Positions 6,131-14,528 of a DNA stretch of 16,592 bases are shown one piece after another. The DNA comes from Candidatus Omnitrophota bacterium. GTDB taxonomy: Bacteria; Ratteibacteria; UBA8468; MWAK01. Below the pieces are notes generated by a model, which saw nothing but the letters and a program-made list of their open reading frames with translations, searched no databases and had not been told where the DNA came from. A program made the translations under genes and the position numbers. The stretch spans positions 1 to 16,592 of the forward strand of contig JAZDPL010000063.1 in assembly GCA_043797665.1 (NCBI GenBank). The letters run 5' to 3'. Positions within the stretch are counted from its first letter, which is position 1; each line of letters starts with the position of its first letter.

Positions 6131-7097
6131 CTATGTTGAAATATACGTAACTGCAGGTAACGGCGGCAACGGTGTGGTTGCCTTCCGCCGGGAGAAAAGC
6201 ATACCCAGGGGGGGACCTTCGGGAGGCGACGGCGGCAACGGCGGTTCGGCAATAATCAGAGCGAGTGCGTCCTTGCATACTCTGATTGACTTTCGTTACC
6301 AGCACCACTTCCAAGTCCGCAATGGAGAAAACGGGAGAGGGAAAAACCAGACCGGTGCCTGCAGTGAAGACAAAATAATTCTGGTCCCGGTCGGCACGGT
6401 TGTCCGGACAAAAGAGAACGAGATACTCGCTGACCTGGCAAAGGTTAGCGACGAAATTCTGGTGGCGAAAGGCGGGAAAGGCGGTCTGGGAAATGCCCGA
6501 TTCGCCACGCCTGTCCGGCAAGCCCCCAAATTTGCCAAGCAGGGAACCCCGGGAGAAACCGCCCACCTCATTCTGGAACTAAAACTGATCGCCGACGTTG
6601 GCCTGGTCGGTTACCCCAACAGCGGTAAATCCACCCTTCTTTCGGTTATCTCCAACAGCCGTCCTAAGATTGCACCCTACCCTTTTACTACCCTGGAACC
6701 ATCTCTGGGGCTGGTTCGCGTAAAAGAAGGCAGTAGTTTTGTTGCCGCGGACATTCCGGGTTTAATTGAAGGCGCACATAAAGGGAAAGGTCTGGGTATC
6801 CGTTTTTTGCGCCATATTGAAAGGACCAGGATAATCCTCCACCTAATCGACCTCTCAGAACCCCGGCCAATGGAACGCTACCGCAAAATCAGGGCGGAAT
6901 TAAACCAGTATGGAGCCGGACTGACGGAAAAACCGGAGATTGTGGTCGCCAACAAGATGGACCTGCCGGAAGCAAAAGAAACCCTGCCGGCGTTTCAAGA
7001 AGCGATGAAAAAAGAAGGCCGGGAGGTTTTCGTCATCTCTGCCCTGCACCGGGAAGGACTACCGGCTTTACTCTACGCCGCCGCCGGGTTATTATAA
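6120..7097 (+). CDS. obgE: GTPase ObgE/CgtA (no C-terminal extension)
   Basis: MFVD...GGPSGGDGGNGG Obg fold, GYPNSGKST, YPFTT, DIPG, NKMD, ISA. Confidence 0.97.
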   Translation: MFVDYVEIYVTAGNGGNGVVAFRREKSIPRGGPSGGDGGNGGSAIIRASASLHTLIDFRYQHHFQVRNGENGRGKNQTGACSEDKIILVPVGTVVRTKENEILADLAKVSDEILVAKGGKGGLGNARFATPVRQAPKFAKQGTPGETAHLILELKLIADVGLVGYPNSGKSTLLSVISNSRPKIAPYPFTTLEPSLGLVRVKEGSSFVAADIPGLIEGAHKGKGLGIRFLRHIERTRIILHLIDLSEPRPMERYRKIRAELNQYGAGLTEKPEIVVANKMDLPEAKETLPAFQEAMKKEGREVFVISALHREGLPALLYAAAGLL

Positions 7098-7112
7098 ACG
7101 TAATAAGTAAGT

Positions 7113-7189
7113 TGTCATTCCTGCGGATAGTAAGCAGGAATCTACACCGAGAATAAATGGATTCCCGCTAAAGACACGCGGGAATGACA
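7113..7189. repeat. Palindromic TGTCATTCC...GGAATGACA repeat element between convergent obgE and lysC, probably a bidirectional terminator
   Basis: 9-bp terminal inverted repeat and two internal hairpins, ATTCCTGC/GCAGGAAT and ATTCCCGC/GCGGGAAT. Confidence 0.75.
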
Positions 7190-7191
7190 GA

Positions 7192-8421
7192 TTACTTCCC
7201 CAGGTTAAAAGCCGAATGGAGGGTGCGAACCGCGGCGATTAAGTCTTTTTTACGAATGATGCAGGAAATCTTAATCTCGGAAGTACTTATCATCTCAATA
7301 TTAATTCCCTTTCCACTCAAAGCGGTGAACATCTTAGCGGCCACCCCGGGATGACTCTGCATGCCGATACCAATAATGGATACCTTGGCAATATCCGAAT
7401 CAAAAGCAGACCCTTCCGCACCAACCCCGGGTGTGATTTTACGGACAATCTCCCGGGCAGTTTTCAGGTCTTCATCGGGGATAGTAAACGAAAGGTCGGT
7501 TCTCCCTTCCTTACTCACGTTCTGAACAATCATATCTACGTTAATATTCCGGGAAGCGATGGCGCTGAATATTCTGGCGGCAATCCCGGGCCGGTCCGGT
7601 ACGCCGAACAAAGAAACCTTCGCTTCTTTGTCCGTACCGGTAACCGCAGACACCAGAGGTTCTTCCAAACTCTTCCTTTTTTTCTGTTTGCGTATTCTGG
7701 TAATCATCGTCCCCTCCCCTTCTTCAAACGTAGACTTCACCCGAATAGGAACATGGTACTTCTGCCCGAATTCCACCGCGCGTGCCTGCATCACCGCCGC
7801 CCCGGCGGAAGCCATCTCTAAAGCTTCCTCATAAGAAATTACCGGAATCAGCCGGCTGTTCGGTTCCAACCGCGGGTCTGCGGTAAAGATACCCGGTACA
7901 TCGGTGTAAATTTCGCAGATTTCCGCTTTTAATCCCAACGCTAACGCCACCGCAGAAAGGTCACTCCCGCCCCGGCCCAAGGTGGTAATCCGGTCGTTCT
8001 CAGCCACACCCTGGAATCCGGTTACCACCGCCACGATACCCCGGTCAAGGACATCTCTTATCCTCCTGGTCTGAAGGCGCCGGATACGGGCTTTGGTATG
8101 GACCGCATCCGTAATGATGCCCGCCTCCTTTCCGGTAAAGGCTTGTGCCGGAACTCCTGCCTTTTGCAGAGCCATGGTAAGTAAGGTGGCGGAGACCAAT
8201 TCACCCGTGGAGAGAAGCAGGTCCATCTCCGAACCCCGCTCCCGGTAACCCACCTGATGGGCTAAATCTATCAGGTAGTCAGTGGTATCACCCATTGCGG
8301 AAACAACCACCGCCAATTTAACGCCGGGGTTAAGCCGCGCCTTAATCTTCCGGGCAACCCGGACTATCTTTTCCGGAGTTGCCACCGAAGAACCCCCATA
8401 CTTTTGAACCAGAACAGCCAT
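7192..8421 (-). CDS. lysC: Aspartate kinase with two ACT domains
   Basis: Start at MAVLVQKYGGSSV (ATG 8421). VVSAMGDTTD, TTLGRGGSD, YTDVPG, ISTSEIKIS. Confidence 0.96.
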   Translation of the reverse strand: MAVLVQKYGGSSVATPEKIVRVARKIKARLNPGVKLAVVVSAMGDTTDYLIDLAHQVGYRERGSEMDLLLSTGELVSATLLTMALQKAGVPAQAFTGKEAGIITDAVHTKARIRRLQTRRIRDVLDRGIVAVVTGFQGVAENDRITTLGRGGSDLSAVALALGLKAEICEIYTDVPGIFTADPRLEPNSRLIPVISYEEALEMASAGAAVMQARAVEFGQKYHVPIRVKSTFEEGEGTMITRIRKQKKRKSLEEPLVSAVTGTDKEAKVSLFGVPDRPGIAARIFSAIASRNINVDMIVQNVSKEGRTDLSFTIPDEDLKTAREIVRKITPGVGAEGSAFDSDIAKVSIIGIGMQSHPGVAAKMFTALSGKGINIEMISTSEIKISCIIRKKDLIAAVRTLHSAFNLGK

Positions 8422-8432
8422 AGGGACCACTT

Positions 8433-9176
8433 TTATCTTGGCAAATTTAAGAACCGAAATTTCAACAACAAACCCACCCCAAAAAAGGTAAAAAACATTG
8501 CGTACCACTGGGTGGTATAAAAACCGAGAAACCGGGGAAGCAGGTCACCCCGGAAATTATCCAGGACCCATCGGCTAAACCCATAGAGAATGAAGTACCA
8601 GGCGGTAACCACCCCGGATTTCCGTTCCGTTTTTGCAAAGAGTGCCAGCACAAAAAAGAGGCTCAGGTTTGCCAGCACATCATAAACCTCGGTCGGGTGA
8701 ACCCGGCAGGGAAGGAACGGAAACTGAACCGCAAAAGGGAGAGTGGACGGCTTGCCGTAACAACACCCGTTGAGTAAACAACCCAAACGGCCTATTGCCT
8801 GTCCAACCGGAAGATAAAGAAAGAAGGCATCCGTAACCGGCAGAGCAGTAACCTTTTTGACCCGCAGATACCAGACACCGCTGATTAAACCAAAGAGCAC
8901 CGCACCCTGAATAGCCAGCCCTCCCTGGCGCAAGAGCAGGACTTCTATAAGGTGCTTCCGGTAATAAGACCACTCAGCCAGAACGTGCGTCAGACGACCG
9001 CCGAATATACCGGCGACAATTACCGTTACCACCAGATTATAGAGAATCTCTTCCGGAATACCCAACTTCTTTGCTCGAAGCAAACCCAGGAAGGCGGCAA
9101 TCCCCACCCCGGCCGCAGCCATAAGACCATAACTATAGACGGTAAAATTACCCAACTTAAAAAGTATCGGATGCAT
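8433..9176 (-). CDS. lgt: Prolipoprotein diacylglyceryl transferase
   Basis: MHPILF...YSYG, GGRL, GGLAIQG, GQAIGRLGCLLNGCCYG, HPTEVY. Confidence 0.95.
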   Translation of the reverse strand: MHPILFKLGNFTVYSYGLMAAAGVGIAAFLGLLRAKKLGIPEEILYNLVVTVIVAGIFGGRLTHVLAEWSYYRKHLIEVLLLRQGGLAIQGAVLFGLISGVWYLRVKKVTALPVTDAFFLYLPVGQAIGRLGCLLNGCCYGKPSTLPFAVQFPFLPCRVHPTEVYDVLANLSLFFVLALFAKTERKSGVVTAWYFILYGFSRWVLDNFRGDLLPRFLGFYTTQWYAMFFTFFGVGLLLKFRFLNLPR

Positions 9177-9182
9177 CGGTTT

Positions 9183-9665
9183 TTATTGTACTACGTCTTT
9201 CTCTTTAGGCGCAAAAAGGAGATGAACGGTAATAACGGTCGCACCTATGGTCAGCCCTGCATCCGCCAAATTAAATACCGGAATCCGCCACAGAGAGATA
9301 AAATCAAACACAAAACCTGAGATAAGCCGGTCGGTAAAGTTCCCCATCATACCACCCCAGATAAGACCGATGCCGAAATCCTTGCCTCTTCCCCAGCGCT
9401 GCTGGCTTTCTTTCCATAAATTCAGGGTAAAGTAAACAACCAGGAGGGAAAAAGCAATGGTAAATAATTTCAGGTGAGGTATGTGCCAGAGACCGAATAA
9501 AATAGCGGAATTATTGATGGGGGCAAGACTTAACAAACCCGGAATAATATCTTTTGGCCGGCTTAATCCTACTGCCCAGAACTTGGTCGCCTGGTCACAA
9601 AAGAAGACTACGACCGCCCAAATAAGGGGTTGACGCCTAAGACTCCATCTTGGTTTGGCAGGCAA
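9183..9665 (-). CDS. lspA: Lipoprotein signal peptidase II (start uncertain, TTG at 9665 most plausible)
   Basis: DQATK, GGMMGNFTDRL, VFDFI, PVFNLAD. Adjacent to lgt. Confidence 0.9.
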   Translation of the reverse strand: MPAKPRWSLRRQPLIWAVVVFFCDQATKFWAVGLSRPKDIIPGLLSLAPINNSAILFGLWHIPHLKLFTIAFSLLVVYFTLNLWKESQQRWGRGKDFGIGLIWGGMMGNFTDRLISGFVFDFISLWRIPVFNLADAGLTIGATVITVHLLFAPKEKDVVQ

Positions 9666-9996
9666 AGCAGTATCGGGTATGGGGTACAACGGCCAGGCGC
9701 TTGACTTCAATCTCCCGGCCGCATTTTTCACATTTACCGTAAATTCCTTTGGCAATTCTGGCTAACGCCTCTTCTACTTCCTGAAGCGAGAGGTTACTGT
9801 CGCTCAAGAGACCTAAATTCAAATCCCTTTCAAAATTATCCGTGCCTAAGTCTGCCGGATGGGTAGTCACTCCGGTCGGTTCGGTAGCCCTTTCGGTGTT
9901 GAACTGGCTCTCTTCCAGGTCATTAAAACTTTTCAAAAAACGGCCCTTCTCTTTCTCCAGAGCCTTCCGGTACTTTTCCAAATCCTTCTTATTCAT
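9637..9996 (-). CDS. TraR/DksA C4-type zinc-finger protein
   Basis: HPADLGTD coiled-coil tip, ALARIAKGIYGKCEKC...RL...P...CFAC. Confidence 0.92.
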   Translation of the reverse strand: MNKKDLEKYRKALEKEKGRFLKSFNDLEESQFNTERATEPTGVTTHPADLGTDNFERDLNLGLLSDSNLSLQEVEEALARIAKGIYGKCEKCGREIEVKRLAVVPHTRYCFACQTKMES

Positions 9997-10418
9997 CAGA
10001 CGTCAAATATTATCATCGTGTGCCACTTACCATCTCGTTCTTCCACTTTCAGTCTATGATAAGTAGCGCTCTTAACTTCAGATAAAGAGGAAATTTTACC
10101 ATTAAACAATTCTGCTGTCAAGAAATACCCTTTCCCATTTTTTCCCTTAATTTTTACCCCGGCGGAAGTAAAAAGAACCCTTTTGCGTTCGGTATGAAAA
10201 ATGACCTCATTAAGAAACCCGACCAGCAATCCCTCTAAGTCCTCAGCCTGAACGGTTATCTTTATTGTTTTACGGGTCTTACCCGAAGTAAACACCGGCT
10301 CTTCACCGCTGTAGAGAGTACTTAAAGCAGACACCGCTTCCTGGAAAAGCCCCTCCAGGGTCTCCGCCTCAATTTCTATCGCCCGGTCCGCGGTATGTTC
10401 TATCTCCCGGAAAACCAT
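9996..10418 (-). CDS. Archease
   Basis: EHTAD N-terminal motif, LLVGFLNEVIF, VKSATYH and C-terminal IFDV. Confidence 0.92.
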   Translation of the reverse strand: MVFREIEHTADRAIEIEAETLEGLFQEAVSALSTLYSGEEPVFTSGKTRKTIKITVQAEDLEGLLVGFLNEVIFHTERKRVLFTSAGVKIKGKNGKGYFLTAELFNGKISSLSEVKSATYHRLKVEERDGKWHTMIIFDV

Positions 10419-10455
10419 CTTTCTCCTTTTAATTACATTTTAAATGTCCAAGATG

Positions 10456-10485
10456 ATTATACGTTTATCACTCTCCTTCTTTCAA
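10456..10485 (-). promoter_or_regulatory. Putative promoter of the archease-dksA-lspA-lgt-lysC operon
   Basis: Minus strand: TTGAAA, 18 bp, TATAAT. Confidence 0.55.
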
Positions 10486-10499
10486 GTCTTCTCGCTTCT

Positions 10500-10529
10500 T
10501 TGACACCATAAAGGCAGATTTAGTACAAT
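10500..10529 (+). promoter_or_regulatory. Putative promoter of the pit-DUF47 operon
   Basis: TTGACA (10500-10505), 18 bp, TACAAT (10524-10529). Confidence 0.55.
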
Positions 10530-10533
10530 TATT

Positions 10534-11523
10534 ATGCCTCAAACTAAATTTGTTATGTTGCTACCGGAATTAGCTTTACTGTGCGCCATTTATATGGGTT
10601 GGTCCATCGGAGCCAACGATGCCGCCAACTGCGTTGGTGCGGATATCGGCTCCGGGGTAATGAAAATGTCCCATGGCATAATCATCACCTGTTTCTTCAG
10701 TTTTCTGGGTGCTCTGCTATTAGGTTCTCACGTCATCAAAACCATCGGCAAGGGAATCGTTCCCTTAGACCTGTTATCAAAAAATTCTGCCTGCCTGGTT
10801 GCCTTTACCGGTCTCTTCGGTGCGGCAACCTGGGTACTCATAGCCACTTATAAAAAATACCCGGTTTCAACTTCGCACGCCATTGTGGGTGCGATAGCCG
10901 GTGCCGGCATGGCTATCCACGCCCCGGTAAGATGGGAAAAGATGATCCAGATTGTCATCTGCTGGGTTTTCACGCCATTGGGGGCGGCAGTTCTATCGTT
11001 CTTAATCTATTCCCTGGCAAGGAAAATCTTTACCATTCCCCTATTCCGTAAATACGAAAAACCCCTGGTGGTAATCTTAATCTATCTTACCAGCATTTAC
11101 TTAGCCTTCATCTGGGGCGCCAACGACGTTGCCAACGCCACCGGTGTCTTAATTACGACCGGTCTTTTTGACATCCGGGAGGCAAGTTTAATCGGCGGCC
11201 TGGCAATAATTCTGGGTATCGTCACCCTGGGTCATAGGGTCATTGAGACGGTTGGTTTCCGTATCACTAACCTGACCCCTTTAATGACCGTCGGTGTGGA
11301 AATTGCCAGTGCTTTAAACGTGCATCTCTACACTCTTTGGGGAATCCCGGTCTCCACTTCCCACTCCATCGTGGGAGCCATCTGGGGAGTGGGTTTGTGT
11401 CACGGGATAAAAACAATAGACCTGAAATTAGCCCGGGAGATACTCTTAACCTGGGCTTTAACGCCGGTTACCGCGGGAATAATAAGTTTTGCTTTAACAA
11501 AATTGGTAATATTTTTCAGATAA
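10534..11523 (+). CDS. PiT-family inorganic phosphate transporter (start may be ATG 10555)
   Basis: Duplicated signature GANDAAN / GANDVAN and PVSTSHAIVG / PVSTSHSIVG. Many TM helices. Confidence 0.95.
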   Translation: MPQTKFVMLLPELALLCAIYMGWSIGANDAANCVGADIGSGVMKMSHGIIITCFFSFLGALLLGSHVIKTIGKGIVPLDLLSKNSACLVAFTGLFGAATWVLIATYKKYPVSTSHAIVGAIAGAGMAIHAPVRWEKMIQIVICWVFTPLGAAVLSFLIYSLARKIFTIPLFRKYEKPLVVILIYLTSIYLAFIWGANDVANATGVLITTGLFDIREASLIGGLAIILGIVTLGHRVIETVGFRITNLTPLMTVGVEIASALNVHLYTLWGIPVSTSHSIVGAIWGVGLCHGIKTIDLKLAREILLTWALTPVTAGIISFALTKLVIFFR

Positions 11524-11534
11524 AGGAGGACACG

Positions 11535-12203
11535 ATGAATAATAGCCGAAACATCTTAGCCTGGTTGGGAAGAAAAGAGGAAAAACAGATTCTGAACGAT
11601 GGCCTGGTACACGTGGAAAAGTCCCTGGAATGCGTTAGAGAATTGAAGAACGGATTAGAGGCATTCTTCCATAATGACCAGGAGGGGAAAAATAAGGCTA
11701 TCGCTAAAGTAAAGGAAGCGGAACATCAGGGAGATGAAGTAAGAAAGAAGATGATGGAAGAACTATCCCGGGGGTTACTCCTGCCGCCGGACCGGGAAGA
11801 CCTGATGTTTTTAAACGAATATCTCAACGACATCGCTGATGATGCTAAAGAAGTAGCCCGGCTCCTGGAGTTTATGAACGAACCCATTATGCCGGAATTA
11901 AGCCGGGAGTTATTGGAAGACAGTCTACTGGCGGTAAAAGCCGGCGAGAAATTACAGGATGCCATCGCCTCACTTATCGCGAACAATCTCTCTAAGGTTC
12001 TGGAAGACTGCGCTCAGATTGAAACCCTGGAAGAGAACGGTGACGACAAAAAAAGGGAACTCCTGGGCAGCCTCTTGAAAGCCAACCTGGTTGGTCCTAC
12101 AATGTTAATGGTCTATGAGATCATTGACGGGGTTGAAGAGGTACTTGATAACATAGATGCGGCCGGCGACCTGGTGCGAATCTTAGCGATTAAAGCCCAT
12201 TAG
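11535..12203 (+). CDS. DUF47 / PhoU-like phosphate transport regulator
   Basis: AGGAGG RBS before ATG 11535. EHQGD, LLPPDREDL, EENGD motifs. Downstream of pit. Confidence 0.92.
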   Translation: MNNSRNILAWLGRKEEKQILNDGLVHVEKSLECVRELKNGLEAFFHNDQEGKNKAIAKVKEAEHQGDEVRKKMMEELSRGLLLPPDREDLMFLNEYLNDIADDAKEVARLLEFMNEPIMPELSRELLEDSLLAVKAGEKLQDAIASLIANNLSKVLEDCAQIETLEENGDDKKRELLGSLLKANLVGPTMLMVYEIIDGVEEVLDNIDAAGDLVRILAIKAH

Positions 12204-13315
12204 ATCTTTCCGGTCGTACCGGATGTCCGCTGTCTGATAACATTCTCAATAAGGGCTAAGGGAATTTCTTTCTTTATCACTACCCTTCCTAAGTCTACCG
12301 GCAGGACAAAACGGTTGGTACCCGCAGACACCTTTTTGTCATATTTAATGAAATGCATAATCCGGTTTAAAGGGACCCGGTCAATTCTAACCGGCAGGCC
12401 AATCTTAACCAATAGATTTTCTATCCTCCGGGCCGAACTCCGGCTAAAGATTGCCAGATTACAGGCGATATCATTAGCGCAGGACATACCGATGGCGACT
12501 GCCTCGCCGTGGCTGTAACGATAATCTGACGCCGCTTCCACCGCATGGCCAATCGTATGACCATAGTTCAATATCATCCTTATCCCTTTGGTATCCCGTT
12601 CATCCTCTTCCACAATTCTTGCCTTAATCTGGTAGGACTTTACCACGACCGGCGAGATCACTTTTAAATTTAAAGCCAGCGCATCTTTATAGTTTTTCTC
12701 CAGGTATCTAAAGAATTTCCGGTCACTGATAACACCGTACTTTACCACCTCAGCCAGGCCGCACCTTACTTCTTTCGGTGCTAATGTTTTAAGGAGGCTA
12801 AGGTCAACGAAGACCAGCTTAGGCTGGTAGAAACTACCCAGGAGGTTTTTCACCCCGGCAAAGTCTATGCCCACCTTACCTCCGACGCCGGAATCCACGT
12901 TTGCCAGAAGGGAAGTCGGCATCTGAACGTAATCAATCCCCCGGCGGAAAGTAGCCGCCACAAACCCGCCGACGTCTCCGACCACTCCACCGCCCAGGTT
13001 TACCACCAGAATCCTCTTATTGTGCCCCCCATCAAACTTGACCAGTTCTTTTAACAGCCAAAGGTAGGTCTTCCAGGTCTTACTCTTTTCTCCAGCCGGA
13101 AACCAGGCTAAGCCAACATCACCAAATTCGGATTTCCTGAAGATTTTTTTAAGCCTTTCTGCGTAAATCTTGCCCACCTTGTCGTCGGTGATAATAAAAA
13201 CACTCCTGCCCACGTCCATCCCCTGAAGATAATCTCCGACGGTATCCAGATGGTTTTGCCCGATTATAACCTGATAACTTCGCTTTCCGTCTAATTTAAT
13301 CTCAATCTTCTTCAT
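12200..13315 (-). CDS. aroB: 3-dehydroquinate synthase
   Basis: GEKSK, GGGVVGDVGGFVAATFRRG, PTSLLANVDSGVGGK, LNYGHTIGHA, HGEAV, DKK. Confidence 0.97.
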   Translation of the reverse strand: MKKIEIKLDGKRSYQVIIGQNHLDTVGDYLQGMDVGRSVFIITDDKVGKIYAERLKKIFRKSEFGDVGLAWFPAGEKSKTWKTYLWLLKELVKFDGGHNKRILVVNLGGGVVGDVGGFVAATFRRGIDYVQMPTSLLANVDSGVGGKVGIDFAGVKNLLGSFYQPKLVFVDLSLLKTLAPKEVRCGLAEVVKYGVISDRKFFRYLEKNYKDALALNLKVISPVVVKSYQIKARIVEEDERDTKGIRMILNYGHTIGHAVEAASDYRYSHGEAVAIGMSCANDIACNLAIFSRSSARRIENLLVKIGLPVRIDRVPLNRIMHFIKYDKKVSAGTNRFVLPVDLGRVVIKKEIPLALIENVIRQRTSGTTGKI

Positions 13316-13341
13316 ACCATTATTTGTACATTCAATTATTT

Positions 13342-13364
13342 GTAGGACAAGGCTTTAGCCTTAC
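13342..13364. repeat. Single GTAG-type REP-like hairpin overlapping the rfbD stop
   Basis: GTAGGAC-AAGGC-TTTA-GCCTT-AC: GTAG leader and the same TTTA loop as the REP doublets. Confidence 0.5.
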
Positions 13365-14209
13365 AATAATGCTTTTAAGTAGCGTTTTAAGGCATCGCTC
13401 CATTCCGGCATCTGATAGCCAACCACGGATTTAAGAGCCGAATTCTCCAGAACCGAATAGGCCGGCCGGGACGCAGTCCGTTTCATCTCCTGAGAGGTTA
13501 CCGCCCGAACCTTAGCCTTTCCTTTAACCGCCTTCACGATGGCACAGGCAAACCCGTACCAGGAGAGCGCACCCTCATTGGTAATATGATATACCCCGTA
13601 TCCGTTATTCCTGATAACCTTAATTATACCCTGCGCCAAATCCTGCGTAAAAGTGGGTGAAACAATCTGGTCCTGAACGACCCGCAGACTTTTCCCGGCG
13701 TTTATCTGGTTTAAAATCGCGGCCGGGAAAGATTTACCATATTTCCCATAAAGACCGGCCGTACGAATAATGAAGAACCGGTCCAGAAGGTTTCGGGTGT
13801 AAAACTCACCGTCCAATTTGGACCGGCCGTAGACCTGAATCGGGTTCGGTGGGTCAGACTCCAAGTATGGCTTCCCCTTTTTACCGTCAAAAACATAATC
13901 CGTAGAAATATAGACCAGAGGAGATTTCAATTTCTGGCAGGCTATCACCACGTTTGCGGTACCAAGTGCATTAACCTGATACGCCTTTTCCGGTTCCTTT
14001 TCACAGCCATCCACGTCGGTAAAGGCTGCGGTATGAATGACCAGACCTGGTTTTAACCCGGTAATGGTCTTGATTATCCTGTCTTTATTCGTAATATCCA
14101 GTTCCGGCAAGTCCAGACCCACCGGCTCAAAATCCCGCGCCAGGGCTGCCATCAGGTCAGTCCCCAACATCCCCCCACACCCGGTCACCAGAACCTTCAG
14201 TCTTTTCAT
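13361..14209 (-). CDS. rfbD: dTDP-4-dehydrorhamnose reductase
   Basis: VTGCGGMLG, HTAAFTDVDGCE, ISTDYVFDG, YGRSK, DQIVSPT, RPAYSVL. ATG at 14209. Confidence 0.96.
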   Translation of the reverse strand: MKRLKVLVTGCGGMLGTDLMAALARDFEPVGLDLPELDITNKDRIIKTITGLKPGLVIHTAAFTDVDGCEKEPEKAYQVNALGTANVVIACQKLKSPLVYISTDYVFDGKKGKPYLESDPPNPIQVYGRSKLDGEFYTRNLLDRFFIIRTAGLYGKYGKSFPAAILNQINAGKSLRVVQDQIVSPTFTQDLAQGIIKVIRNNGYGVYHITNEGALSWYGFACAIVKAVKGKAKVRAVTSQEMKRTASRPAYSVLENSALKSVVGYQMPEWSDALKRYLKALL

Positions 14210-14263
14210 ACTCTTCCGTTCTAAATCGCCCAAACCGGTATCCGCCGGGTAATCACCAAAGGA

Positions 14264-14292
14264 AGTTTACAGAAATCTCAATTATTTGTCAA
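14264..14292 (-). promoter_or_regulatory. Putative promoter of rfbD-aroB
   Basis: Minus strand: TTGACA (14292-14287), 17 bp, TAAACT (14269-14264). Confidence 0.6.
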
Positions 14293-14420
14293 GTCGCGCA
14301 CCTCGCTTCGCTCGGAGCTCTCCAAAGGGAGTTTACACTCCCTATGGCGGTCACTAACGTTCCCTGTTACCCTCTCTACTGAGCAAGGGGGTTTCTCGCC
14401 ACCCCCTTGGCAATCCCCCT
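14293..14420. repeat. GC-rich multi-hairpin intergenic element (MITE-like or structured repeat)
   Basis: CGCTTCGCTCG motif, AGGGAGT-TTAC-ACTCCCT hairpin and CAAGGGGGT-N8-ACCCCCTTG hairpin. Confidence 0.5.
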
Positions 14421-14464
14421 TTGAACCTACGTAGCATAAAAGATATAAATTCCTGTAGGTTCAA
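14421..14464. mobile_element. 44-bp mini-element with perfect 10-bp terminal inverted repeat (putative empty cassette site)
   Basis: TTGAACCTAC (14421-14430) / GTAGGTTCAA (14455-14464). The right half recurs at 1753-1771. Confidence 0.55.
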
Positions 14465-14493
14465 GTGAAACTTACAGTTTGACACGCGTTTCC

Positions 14494-14522
14494 TTGCTTT
14501 TTTTTTTGATTAACGATATAAT
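14494..14522 (+). promoter_or_regulatory. Putative leaderless promoter of HEPN-MNT with a T10 tract
   Basis: TTGCTT (14494-14499), 17 bp, TATAAT (14517-14522). GTG start 6 nt later, no RBS. T run at 14498-14507. Confidence 0.55.
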
Positions 14523-14528
14523 TATATT

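Noticed and set aside
5659..9435. Antisense and alternate-frame ORFs over the kinase, obgE, lysC, lgt and lspA
   Set aside because: They overlap well-supported conserved genes and have no recognisable motifs or RBS.
11337..11534. N-terminal extension of the DUF47 ORF
   Set aside because: It overlaps the pit gene, and a strong AGGAGG precedes ATG 11535.
12200..12203. Convergent 4-nt stop-codon overlap of DUF47 and aroB without a terminator
   Set aside because: This is common in compact genomes and there is no further signal.
14293..14420. tRNA or known riboswitch
   Set aside because: There is no cloverleaf, T-loop (GTTCRA in a stem) or CCA end, and no riboswitch consensus that I can recognise.
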